Position numbers and translations under genes: made by a program
The notes under the pieces: model-generated
Databases searched by the model: none
What the model was told of the DNA's origin: nothing
Seen by the model: only the letters and a program-made list of their open reading frames with translations
Assembly (NCBI GenBank): GCA_000004695.1
Contig: CM000150.2
Coordinates: 2,624,001-2,688,000 of the forward strand
Length of the DNA stretch: 64,000 nucleotides
Direction of reading: 5' to 3'
Source: Dictyostelium discoideum
Taxonomy: Eukaryota
Part shown: positions 29,185-54,065 of the stretch, in pieces
Position numbering within the stretch: position 1 is the stretch's first letter
Layout of the letters: every line of letters begins with the position of its first letter

Positions 29185-30559
29185 TTATTTTAACATAAAA
29201 GCTTCAATTTCATCAATAGTTCTTGGTAAATTTTTTGAAAGATTATCACAACCAGTTTCAGTGACTAAAATATCATCTTCAATACGTACACCACCAATGT
29301 TACGATATTTATCTAATTCGGTGAGATTAAAGAATTTGGCAGTTTCAGGATTTGATAAAGCTTGAGTGAGTAAATGATTGATGAAATAGCAACCAGGTTC
29401 AGAAGTGATGACCATACCAGCTTTGAGGGTACGAGTAGTTCTGAGTGAATGAACTTTTGGTTGACAATCACCTAAATAACCACCTACATCATGTGTATCC
29501 AAACCAAGGAAGTGACCTAAACCATGTGGGAAGAAAACTGAACCAATTTTATTGGCAATTAGATCTTGAAGGTCACCAACCAAAATTCCAGCTTTCAATA
29601 AGGCAGCTAAAATACAACGTTCAGCCAATTTATGCATATCTACCCAAGAAACGCCTGGTCTCATTGCTTCCATAACGGCTACTGAAGCATCCAATACGGC
29701 TTGATAGACAACTCTTTGTTCTGGACTGAATTTACCGGTGGCAGGGAAAGAACAGGTGATATCGGCGGTATAGCTATGATATTCAGCACCCATATCGAAT
29801 AAACAGAAACCATTCTCACTGATGGTGGCAGAGTTTGGTTCACCTGCATGACCATAATGGAGGACGGCAGAGTTCTTATTGGCGGCACAAATACAAGTAT
29901 AACCAACATTTCTACAACCCCATTCATTGTAAACATGATGAAGGAACTCACTTTCACATTGGTACTCCTTTAAGCCAACCTTGACTTTACGCATGACATG
30001 TTTATGTGCAGAAACGGAAGCATCGACACAATAACGAATTACCTCAACCTCCTTTGGTGATTTAATTACACGACATTCGGCAATCTCTGGGAATAATAAA
30101 GTATTGTTTACATTGAAAGTCTCTCTTAAACCTGGATATTGTGGTTCTACAAATGTTGAGCCACTATCGGTGTTGGTACCCAAGATGGTGTAGATTGTGG
30201 ATGCGTTCTTACTCTTTAAGTAATCCATCATCTCATCGACATATAATACTTGGTCGACTAAAAAGATCGATTTATAGTATTCTTTTGAACGAATTTCTCC
30301 CATCCATGTTGCATATTCAGCTGGCAATTTTGGAATACATAAAATACTAGTTGCTTGTTCATCCAATCCAACAATACCAAAACAATCTGGAATATCTGAA
30401 CCAAATGTCCAAAAAAAGTATCTTTCTTGTTTAAATAATGGTTCATGATCTGTATCATATTGCATTGTTGATTTACCACTTTCTAATAAAATAAATGAAT
30501 TTTCTTTAACTTGATCTTTATCTTTTTTTTAAATTTTTTTTTTTTTTTTATTAATATAT

Positions 30560-30605
<46 letters not shown>

Positions 30606-30791
30606 GAATAATAATATCATACGTTTTGATAAAATTTGAGAAACTAATCTTTGTCTATTTTCTTTATGTAAAACTAATGGTACTTTTAATGTATTATTAC
30701 CTAACCAGTAATAACCTGGAGAGTATTGACTATCAAGATGTGTTTTTTCACAACAATCATCTTTACCTTGGTTTCTTGGATGTACTGACAT
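29185..30791 (-). CDS. pepD: Xaa-Pro dipeptidase (prolidase, M24B metallopeptidase); 2 exons, 501 aa
   Basis: Minus-strand exons 30791..30623 and 30521..29185. The intron is 30522-30622 (donor GTATGA, acceptor AAAAG, phase 1). Exon 1 has [29 protein letters not shown]. Exon 2 has ...[13 protein letters not shown]...[23 protein letters not shown]...[26 protein letters not shown]...[17 protein letters not shown]...[13 protein letters not shown]...[12 protein letters not shown]. This is colinear with recalled human PEPD, including the metal-binding D, D, H, E, E positions. Confidence 0.85.
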
Positions 30792-31369
30792 TATTAATAT
30801 ATTATTAGTTATTGAAGTAAAAGTAAAAAAGAAAATAAATCAAAAAAAAAAAAAAAAAAAAAATATCTTTTCAATTTGGAAAAAATTAAAAAAATGAAAA
30901 AAAAAATAAAATTAAAAAAATTAAAAAAAAAATAAAAAATTAAAAATTAATTATTTTTTTTTTTCCTCATATCTCTTGTTTATTATAATAATAATCAATT
31001 AATCTTAAAAAAAAGAAAATTATTTTTCGTGTTTTGGTTCCTAATTAGTAAATTTTAATTTATTTTTTTTTTTTTTTTTTTTTAACCGAAATAATTTTCA
31101 AAATAATTAAAATTATTTCGAAATAAATTTACAAAAAAGAGTGATAGTTTTTTAATAGGTAATTAATTATTTTAGTTTAAATAAAAAAAAAAAAAAAAAA
31201 GATTTAATTATACAATTAAAAAAAATAATAAAAATAAAAGATAATATAATTTTTTTATTTTTTTTTTTATTTAAAACAAAAAAAAAAAAAAAAAAAAAAA
31301 TGGTTTTTTTTTTTTTTTTTTTTTTTTTTTTGATCAAATTTGAATGATTATTAAAAAAAAAAAAATTAA

Positions 31370-33301
<1,932 letters not shown>

Positions 33302-33391
33302 AAAAATCAAATAAATAAATAAATAAATAAATAAACAAATAAATAAATAAAATTTTTTTTTTTTTTTTTTTTTAAATTAAATTATTTAAAT

Positions 33392-43176
<9,785 letters not shown>

Positions 43177-43440
43177 TTTTCTATATTTTTTTTTTATTAT
43201 TTTTGTTTTCTTTTGTTGTTTTTTTTTATTTTTTGCTTATTTTTTGATTTTTTTTTTTGTTTAATGTTTTTTTTTTGATTTTTTTTTTTTTTTTTTTTTT
43301 TTGATTTTTTAATAATTATTATTAAAATAAATATATGATTAAAAATATATGATTATATTATTAAATATTTATGTGCTTATAATAATAATAATGTATTATA
43401 AATATTATATATATTTATATATAATAAATATATTTACACG

Positions 43441-43478
43441 AGTGTATGTGTGTGTTTGGTGTGTGTGTGTGTGTGTTA
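43441..43478 (+). repeat. (GT)n dinucleotide microsatellite (imperfect) in the pats1 upstream region
   Basis: GTGTATGTGTGTGTTTGGTGTGTGTGTGTGTGTG. Confidence 0.8.
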
Positions 43479-43759
43479 AATTAATGAGTTTTAACAAAAA
43501 AAAAAAAAAAATAATAAAAAATAAAAAAAAATAAAATAAAAATTTGAAAAAAAAAATAATAAAAAAAAAAAAAATAAAATAAAATAAATTGAAAAAAATG
43601 ATTATTTGATTTTTTTGTAATGTTTTTACTAAACGTATAAATATATAAAATAAAACCTATAAATATATAAAATAAAAAAAAAAAAAAAATAAAAAAATAA
43701 AAAAATAAAAAAATAAAAAAAAATAAAAAATAAAAAAAAAATAAAAAAAAAAAAAAATT

Positions 43760-43797
<38 letters not shown>

Positions 43798-44446
43798 CAA
43801 AATAAAAAATTATTATTATCTTTTTTTTAAAATAAAAAATTATTGTTTTTAGCTTTATAAAAATTTAGGTAGATTTGAGAAACTGTTTTTTGTTTCCTTT
43901 TCAAATGTTTTTTTTTTTTTTTTTTTACTTTGGTCAATATTTAAAAAAAAAAAAAAAAAAAATTATAAAATTTTAATTAATGATATTTTTCAACAAATCA
44001 AAAGGTTAAATTAAACCAAATCAAATTCATCCAAGAATAATGTAATTAAATTTATATTTTTAATATTCATAAATATCATATATAATTATAAAAATTTCGA
44101 AATTGGGTAAAAATGGTTTCCCTCATTACCGACCATCAATTTGCCCAATTCATTTTTTTTTTTTATTTTTTTTTTATTTTCACTTTTTTTTTTTTTTTTT
44201 TTTTTTTTTGTTTTTTTTATTTGAAAAATAATTATTAATAATAAATGAATATATAAATTTCCAAAATTTGATTTTTTTTTTTTGTGGTTCTCAGCAAAAC
44301 TATTAATTTCCATAATCAAAATAAAAAAAATAAAAAAAATAAAAAAATAAATAAAAAAATAAATATTTATTTTTTTTTTTTTATTTTTTTATCCCATCAA
44401 TTTTTTATTTTAATTTATTTATTTAATAAATATAATAATAATTTAA

Positions 44447-46641
44447 TTATTTAGTTTCATTTGATAATGAAGATTCATTTGAATCATCATTTAAACTTTC
44501 AATACCACTTATAGTATTTCCAATTTGAGCAGAAGATTTTGAAAAACCAAAACTATTTGAACTATTGTTACGATTTGCACTTTCAGCACGAGCAGAGGCA
44601 ACAGCTGATTGTTTTCTTTGAGTGAAATGTTCATGTGATCCTTGTTTTTCATTACCAAATATTCTCCAAAACTTTGGTAAGAAAAAGATTAACAAAGCAC
44701 CAGTTGTAATGAAAATACCAGTAACACAAAGTATGATAGTTTCAGATTGTTTATCTTGTGGTGATATCATTAGTGGTACAATAACGAATAAACAAAAACT
44801 AATTGAATATAAAGTTTTGGCAATTGCTGTACATTCACTAAACTCCTCAATATGTACAATACGAATTTTCCATGACACAAATACACCCACCAATAAAAGT
44901 GTACCGAAATAAGCCAATATCGAATACAAAGTAGCCGCACCAGTATAATTCATTTTACAAATTGTCATGTACTCAAATTTACCCAACGAATCAATACCCT
45001 GTGCTTCGATTGCCTTTAAATCACCCACCGTTGTAATAATTGACATCAATACAATATTAATTACTAAACATAATCCAACCCATGGGTATAATTGGTTATT
45101 TGTAATTGTACGTATCTTTAATTCCGGATTATCAAATATTAACCAAATTCTAATATTTTTCACAACCAAACTACCAATCAATGTTGAAAATCCAATTGTA
45201 ACCAACCAAAATCTTGCATTACATTGATGTGTACTAATTGGTGCAACCCAAACAATAATACCAATAAAAATAATTACCCCACCCAATAATGTAAGATTTA
45301 AGAAAGATGGACTTGCTGAACGAATCGATGGTGTATCTTGATATTTAACAATACCAATCATCATTAAAATTACAAACCCAATTAATAATCCCGACACAAT
45401 TGAAAATCCAATTTGTATTGATCTTTGGAATTCAACCTAAATAATAATAAAATAATATTAATATACATTTAAATTAATAAATCGAAAAAAAGGGGAGGGG
45501 GGTTTACAAAACTTACTTTTGAAAATTTAATTGTATAATTTCCTAAATAATTCATATCACCAACTGGAGCATCTATACCAATGAAACCGGTGGTAGTTAT
45601 ACAGTTTGTTGTGTTTGGTTGTCTTGTTAAATTATATTTTTGAGTGTATCCTTCCATATATTCATTACAAAAGTATGGATGAAGAGTTCTGACATAGGAT
45701 GCAAATGATTTAGTTTGATTTATAATTTTAAATTTAGTCTCTGCTGAAACTTGGAAACCAAAACTAAGGTCGTACAAACTTAGGTTATTATCTTTATTAA
45801 AATCAGCATACCATTTGCTTGGTGGAATTTTATTTTTAACAGCAGATGCGATTGGAACGAAATATTTAGTCCAATTGTATGCATATGTATAAACTACATT
45901 CTCGCCATACACATCCCTCTGTGGGAACCCGTTTGTGCCAATGGCGTATCTGCCACGGGAGATCGCCACATTGCTGGCGGTGAAGTCGTCCAATGTATCA
46001 CCAATGACGTCACAGTCGTAGACATCGATGAGATTCTCGGCGGCGCCTTTGGTCTTGTCTTTGTCTAGGTAGCTACCGATGTTGTAGTAGTAGAATTTGA
46101 TATTTGGATTAACACTTTTAGCACCGAGCCAGAAAGCATACACAAAACAATCACTGGCGCCTGCAGTGATGCCAGGTGAGATGAAGCCAATTTTGTTGGT
46201 TTTGGTTTGCAAGCCTGCAAACATGCCGCTGAGGTAATTCACCGATGCGTAGTTGTAAGTGAATTGAATTAAGTTCTTGGTTGTTGCTCCACTACCTCTT
46301 ACTAGAAATTGAGTTTTAATCTCTGTACTATTGACATACATTGCAGCAATTTCTTTACATGCATCGCCATGGTCAAGACTGGAACAAATTACTAAATCAA
46401 TATCATCATTTTGAATGATTGGTAATAATAACTCATAAGTATCATTTCTTCCAGAAACTACAAATAATCTTGAATCTTCAATATCCATTGCTTTAGTTAC
46501 ACCAATTCTACCTAGATTAATCATATTATTCCAACCCAAATCACTTGGTGGTCCAGTTGTTAAAGTTATCATTTTAAAACTTTCAATTGAATTAATAATA
46601 AAACATATTATTAAAATTATTGATAAAATTAATTTTATCAT
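44447..46641 (-). CDS. Class C (GABA-B-like) G-protein-coupled receptor of the Dictyostelium Grl family: signal peptide, periplasmic-binding-protein-like (BMP family) extracellular domain and a 7TM region. 2 exons, 704 aa
   Basis: Minus-strand exons 46641..45517 and 45436..44447. The intron is 45437-45516 (donor GTAAGT, acceptor TTATTTAG, phase 0). Exon 1 starts with a hydrophobic signal peptide (MIKLILSIILIICFIINS) followed by a PBP-like domain of about 360 aa. Exon 2 has seven hydrophobic helices (SIQIGFSIVSGLLIGFVILMMIGIV ... ILCVTGIFITTGALLIFFLPKF) and a Ser/Asn-rich cytoplasmic tail. Confidence 0.75.
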
Positions 46642-46768
46642 TTTTTTTTTTTTTTTTTTTATTTTTTAATTTTAAATAATAATAAATTTATTAATTTAAC
46701 TATTTATAAAAATAATATATTATTATTATTTTTATTACTATTATTAAGTATAATTTTATTTGATTAAT

Positions 46769-46804
<36 letters not shown>

Positions 46805-47067
46805 AATATACTATAAATATTAAATTGCCAAAGATTTTTTATAGCGAATTCATTTTAGATTCACTTGTTAAATTCCAAAACATATATTTTTGGGGTCTGT
46901 AATAGAATTGTTTAATATAAAATAAGAAAGCCACCACTTTTTATTTTTTTTTTTTAAAGAATTTTGGTTTTTTTATTTGAACACTAAAAGACAAAAGAAA
47001 TGAATAAACGAAGGACTTTTGGCACATCAATGATTATTGGTAAATGTTTTTTATCAATTGATCCACA

Positions 47068-47109
<42 letters not shown>

Positions 47110-47494
47110 AAATAAAACAATCATAATTTGAAACTTAACCATGAAAAATCCAAAAAAAAAAAATCGGGAAACCACAAAACAAAGATTATTGGAAAAAAAT
47201 CTTTTCAAAAATTAAAGAGTCAGAGCCAATTCGAATATTTCATTTGTTTATTTTTTTTTTTTTTTTTTTAAATAGATCACTCTTTAAAATTCCACAATAC
47301 TTTATTTATTTCTTTTTTTTTTCTTTTTTTTTTTCTTTTTCTTTTATTAATAACAATAAGTTAATTTTTTTTCTTTTTCAATTTAATTCTTTTTTTTTTT
47401 TTTTTCATTTAAATAAATATTTCAAACTCAAACCATGAAAAAAATTAAAAATTTGATTTTTTCACAAATCTATAAACAAATTTATAATATTATT

Positions 47495-47530
<36 letters not shown>

Positions 47531-47655
47531 AAACATTATAATGATTATAACATTGATTTTTTTTTTTTTTTTAATAAAAAAAAATTTTAAATACCATTAC
47601 AACACTAATGTTGAATATAATAATTTCTTTGAATAATGCAAACCATTTTTTCTAG

Positions 47656-47691
<36 letters not shown>

Positions 47692-49128
47692 TGCACCAAT
47701 CAATTAAAAAAACTAAAAAAATTATTGGACAAAACTACTTTTGATCCGCATCTTTATCTTTCCAAAAAATACTTTTAAATTTTTAAATTAAGAATAAATG
47801 ACGCTAAAAAAAAAATTAAAAAAAAAATAAAAGAAGAAAAAGAAAAGTATTTTTAAAAAAAAAATAAAAAAGAAAAAATAAGATAATTGAAAATAAAAAA
47901 AAAAAGAAAAAAAGAAAAATAATAAAAAATATTTTTTATATAAATTTTTTAATTTTGTTTAATAATTAATTTTTAATTTCTTTTTTTTTTTTTTTTTTTT
48001 TTTTTTTTCATTATTGATTATTGATAAGGTTTGAAGAAATGTAATATTTGCAGGGATTGATATTCACTGTCCGGGATTTTATAATTTTTATAAAATTTTA
48101 ATCAAACCTAATAAAAAAATAAAATTTTATATAAAAAAAATTAGCGACAGTGATCTTGTTCATGAGATTCAAAAATTTTTTTTTTTTTATTATTATTTTT
48201 TTTTTTCTTTTCAATTTTTTTTTTTCCAAAATGCTCTTATTTTTTTTTTTTTTTTCTTTTTTTTTTTTATCTAGTTATAATTTCATTATTATTTATTTGT
48301 TTATATATTTTATTTATTATTTTTTTTATTTATTTATTTATTTTTATTATTAAATTTTTTAAATTTGAAAGTATAAAAACAAATCAAAAAAAAAAAAAAG
48401 TAAAAATAAATTATTTTTTTTTTTTTTTCCGCGGTGTAACCCCAAAAAAAAAAAAAAATTAAAAAAAAAAGATATTTTTGAAAAACTTTTTAAAAATATC
48501 TTTTTTTTTTTTAATTTTTTTTTTTTAGTTTTTTTTTTTTTTTTCTTTTTTTTGTGAAAAAAAAAATTGCCCTTAGAAAAAAGAAAAAAAAAAATAATAA
48601 TAGTAATAATAGTAATAATAAAAATATTAATATAAAAAAAAAAAAAAAAAAAAAAAAGAATTCTTTAAACAACTCACACAAACACTAAAAAAAAACAAAT
48701 AAATAAATAAATCTATTTATACATTTTAATAAAAAAAAAAAAAAAAAAAAAAAAAGTTTTTATAGCATCAATCATTTTGGTAAGAATCTACTTTATTTGT
48801 TCGTTTAATATATTTTTATGTGGTGATTGTTGTTTTTAATTTATCATCAATAAAAGTGGTTTGTACCTTTTTGTTTAAATTTATTTTTAATTTCTTATAA
48901 AATTTTAAAATCTCGATCAACTTCAACACACACACACACTTACACAATCAAATGCATTGTAGTCTTTAAGAATTTTTTTTTATTTTTTTGTTAATTTTTT
49001 TTTTGCCTTTTTTCATTTTGTGTGTATTAAATATATATGCACTATTGTTGATCTAGATTTATTGATAATAAAACACACACACACGCTCCCTAAAAACTTG
49101 TTTATTTTTAAAAAAAAAATTTTTCCTG

Positions 49129-49163
<35 letters not shown>

Positions 49164-49436
49164 ACACCAATATTTGTTCTTTTTTTAACCAAATTGGGTT
49201 TTTTAATCATGATAATTATAAAATTTTTTTATTGTTTAATTTTTTTTTTTAAAAAAATAATTTTTTAATGTTTGTTTTTTTTTTTTTTTTTTTTTTATAT
49301 GTCAAACAATTTTTATCTTTTGAAAAAAATAATTATAAAGAAATTTATTTAGTAAAGAGAAAAAAAATAATTCTTAAGTGAGTAAAAATTTTAAAATTAA
49401 ATAGTGTTAAGAAAAAAAAAAAAAATAAAAAAAAAA

Positions 49437-49471
<35 letters not shown>

Positions 49472-50042
49472 GTGTTTTTATACACTTTTTGATGTTCTCA
49501 CATAATTAATGATAACAACATGTGGTATCAAAAAATAAATAAAATTTATTTTATTTATTTTTTTATTATATTCATACCACACACCCAAACCAAATATATC
49601 CAAATTATCTATACAAATATTTATTTGATCACACATAACAAACACTACTGTACGAAAAAGGAGACTTTATTTTATTTTATTTTATTTTATTATTTTTTTT
49701 ATTTGAGAATGGCAATATTCTACAACACACACATAAAAAAAAAATATATATATTTTAAATATATTTGTTTTTTTTTTATTTTTATTTTTTTTTTTTTTAT
49801 TTTTTATCTTATTTTTTCTTTTTTTTTTTTTTTTTAATTTTTTTATTTTCTTACTATTTGTTTTTTTATTTTTTTTATTTTGTTAATATCAATTATTTTG
49901 TATTATCATCAAAAAAAAAAAAAAAAAAAAAAATAAAGTTTCATCATCAATATCATCATCAGAACAATCATAACCACCATCTATAAATTGACAATTAATC
50001 AAATTTTGCGATTTATATAATTTTTATCTGATTAAGAAGAAA

Positions 50043-50043
<1 letters not shown>

Positions 50044-50136
<93 letters not shown>
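50044..50136 (+). repeat. (ATA)n microsatellite, intergenic
   Basis: A perfect AAT/ATA array of about 30 units. Confidence 0.9.
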
Positions 50137-50137
<1 letters not shown>

Positions 50138-50199
50138 TATAAAAAAAAAAAAAAAAAAAAAAAAACCGAAAAATGGTTGGTATAAACAAAACAATAAAT

Positions 50200-50233
<34 letters not shown>

Positions 50234-51535
50234 TTATTTTATTTTAATAATATTTTTTTTTTTTTTTTTTTTATTTTTTTTTTTTTTTTTTGCACTTAAC
50301 TATATTATTTTATGTGTGTTGTTGTTTTGTTGTCTAAGTGTGGTTTGTGGATTTAAAAAGAAAAACAAAACAAAACAAAACAAAAAAAAAAGAAAAAAAA
50401 AAAAAAATATAATAATAATTTAATACCTATTACACGCATTCATCAAATTTTTTTATCTTTATTTATATATATATATATATTTATATGGTATGATTTTCAA
50501 AATAATATTTGTAATATTTTATTTTAATTTACAAATTATAATTGAATCAGTATCTGTTATTGGTATATTAATATTTTTTTTGTGTGTGTGTGTGTGTATA
50601 TGTTGTGTATTTGTGTGTGAAGGGTTGGAGGGGTCAATCTCTAATAATATTGACATTAGATAGTATAAAAAAAAAATAAAAAAAAATAAAAAAAAATAAT
50701 AAAAAAAATAAAAATAAAAATATAACACATTTAGCATATTGTTATAAATCAACTTAGAGATTATTTATTATTATTTTTTTTTTTTTTAAAAAAAAAAAAT
50801 AAACAAAGTAAAAAAAAAGTGGATAAATGTTTAAAAAATCTCAATTTTATTTTTATGTGTCTCAGTCTTTCACGACAAATATTTTAAGAACAATAGTAAT
50901 AGAACAATAATAATAATAATAAATGTAATAACAATAATATTTATGATAATAAAAAAAAAAAATAATAATAAAAAAAAATAATAATAAAATAATAGTAATA
51001 ATAATATTCTCTTTTTTTTTGCTACTAAAAAAAAATAAAATTTAAGCACACCCCTTTGTATCATATCCAACCAAATACTGTTCATATGCGATAATAACAA
51101 CAACTCACCATGTTATAAATGAATAAATAATTAAAATAATTAAAATAATTAAAATAAATAATTTAAATAATTTAAATAAATAAATAATAAATAAATAATT
51201 AAAATAAATAAAAAAAAAACACCATCACACACTAAAAAAAAAAAAAAACACTCGCCAAAAACAAACACACTCACACCCACTCACAAATATATTGTGCGTA
51301 ATAAATATAATAGTTCAAAAAAAAAAAACCCGCTTTAGGGTGGTGTGACTAGCTTTCTTTTATTATTATTTTAATTGTTTTGATTTTTATTTTTTATTAT
51401 TATTATTTTTAATTTTTTAATTTTTTTTTTTTTTTAATTTTTTTTTTTTTTTTTTTTTTATTGAGTGTTAGTTTGTCTGTTTGTTATATTATTTTTATCA
51501 TTATTATAACTATCAAAATAATATATAATTATTTA

Positions 51536-51569
<34 letters not shown>

Positions 51570-52040
51570 TTTAAATAGTTTTTTTTTTTTTTTTTTTTTT
51601 TTTTGGTTTAAGTTGGGTTAGTTTTAACTTTTTTTTCGGTGTGTTTTAAAAATAATAATAGTGGATGAAAAATAAATGAATAAATAAAAATAAATAAAAA
51701 AATAAAAAATAATTAAATTAAAAAAAAAAAAAAAACAAATAAAAAAAAAAAATAAACACAGTGTTTAATTATTTTTTTTTTTTTTCTTTTTTTTTTTCAA
51801 AAAAATAAATAAATAAATTAGTAATATACTAACATCCTTTATTATTATTATTTTTTTTTCTAAAAATAGATACTCCACTTTTTCTCCTTTTTCCAAAAAA
51901 TTTTGACAATTATCTTAAAAAAAAAAAAAAAAAAAAAAATTTTTTTTTTAAATAACGATTACCAACCCTGTATATAAAAAAAAAAAAAAAAAAAAAAAAA
52001 CAAACAAAATTAAATAGTAAAAACATATATATAAACAAAG

Positions 52041-52593
52041 ATGACAAAAAAAGATAATAATATTAAATTAAAAACTAGTAATAGTTTACCATCATCACCA
52101 AATGGTGCAACTAAAATTAAGAAATCCAATTCGTCAAATTTAAAGAAATCATCAACTTCTGAAAGATTAAATGGTAAAGTTAGTAATAATAGTAATATAT
52201 ATAATGATGACATTCAAATTGAATTCACTAAAGATGATGTGCCATTCTCAAAACAAACATTAAATAATCTTGGCTTATTATTAAATAATCATACAACTCG
52301 TAGAATCTTTATTCAATTTTCAGAGAAGGAACATTCACATAATCATGTTTTGTTTTGGCAAGAAACTAAAGAATACAAAGAGAAATTCATTGAAATTAAT
52401 CAAGAACAATTATCAACTCAACCAGAACAACAACAAGCAACAACTTCAACATCCTCTTCAACTTCTTCTTTACAACCACAACAATCACAACAACAACAAT
52501 CATCTTCATCTTCTTCCTCATCATCATCACAACAAAACTCAACACAACAATTATCTAATTTAGTTACTGATAATAATAATATAAATAATAATA

Positions 52594-52644
<51 letters not shown>

Positions 52645-53561
52645 TAAATAATATAAATAATAACAATAGTAATAATAATAATATAAATAATAATAATAAT
52701 ATAAATAATAATAATAATAATAATATAAATAATAATATAAATAATAATAATAATAATAATATAAATAATAATAATAATAATAATAATACAACTACTACAA
52801 CTACAACCACAAGTAATAAATCATCACCAGTAATGCCATCTATAACACCAAATACTCTTGCATCTGATCATACAATGGCTGAGGCACCACAACATGGTTC
52901 TTCACCAACTTCAATGACTGTAGAATTAAAAAATCACAAAGGTGATAATTCACCAAGTTCAAGTACTCCACGTATTAAATCAATAAATGGCGCAAATAAT
53001 ATAAATGACGACGCTGCCTCTTCTTCTTCTTCTTCCTCATTATCATCGAAAAAAGAAAATAATAATACAAATAATAATAATAACAATACAAATAATAATT
53101 TAACATCATCACCAATTCAAAATAGAAAAATTACAAATAGACGTAGTCAATTTTTATCAGGTAATCGTGTTTCAAGAGAATCAACACCAGATGATAATAC
53201 AGATGATGAAGAAAATGAAATTGCAATGATGCAAAAATCCAATCTTAAAAACTGTCTTTATATATTTGATAAATACCTAACTCCATCGTCCGAACTTGAG
53301 GTGAATTTAGATTTCAAAACCTTTATTGAAATAAAGAAAAAAATTGATCAAAACCAAATCACTGTAAATATCTTTGAAAAATCCCAAAAAGAAATCCAAG
53401 AAGTTATTGCAAATGACTCTTATTTCCGTTATAAGTCTTCAACAACATTTAAATATCTATTAAATTGTGCTGAACAATTTGAAAAAGATAATAGTTTAAT
53501 ACCTTCATCTGATGATAAACCAAAATTAAAATCTAGAAAATCAAAGTTTTTTTGTATGTAA
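52041..53561 (+). CDS. RGS (regulator of G-protein signalling) domain protein, 506 aa. The RGS fold is interrupted by a poly-N/Q/S low-complexity insert of about 250 aa
   Basis: A single ORF. The N-terminal half of the RGS domain is FSKQTLNNLGLLLNNHTTRRIFIQFSEKEHSHNHVLFWQETKEYKEKF. The C-terminal half is NCLYIFDKYLTPSSELEVNLDFKTFIEIKKKI...ITVNIFEKSQKEIQEVIANDSYFRYKSS. Both match the RGS-box consensus (F..L......F..F...E...EN..FW.....Y; A..IY..Y......EVN.......I........F..AQ..I...M..DSY.RF..S). Confidence 0.7.
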
Positions 53562-54065
53562 TAATAATAAAAATTTAAAAACTAATAAAAAAAAAAAAAA
53601 AAAAAAAAAATTAAAAAAAAAAAAAAAAAAACTATTTTATTACATATATATAACTTTTTTTTTTTTTTTTTTTTTTTTTTGGGTCTATTTTTGGATTAAA
53701 CTTTTTCAAAGGCATATTCTTTTTTTATTTTTTTATTTTTTTTTTATTTTTTTTTTTTTCCAATAATCAGTTGGGTCGTCCCAATCAGTTTTTGTGATAT
53801 TTTTTTTTTTTTTTTTTTAATTTTTTTTTTTTTTTATACATTTTTTTTTTTTTTTTTTTTTAATCACTTTTTTCATATTCCTTTTTTTTATCATCATTTG
53901 CAGATAATTTTGTACTTTTACCTTTTTTTTTTTTTTTTTTTTTAATAATAACAATAATAATAGTTTTTTAAAAAAAACTTTGTATAATAATTTATAAATA
54001 ATTTTTTTATTTTTGTTTTAGAAAAAAAAAAAGTAAATAATAATAATAATAATAATAAAAAAGAA

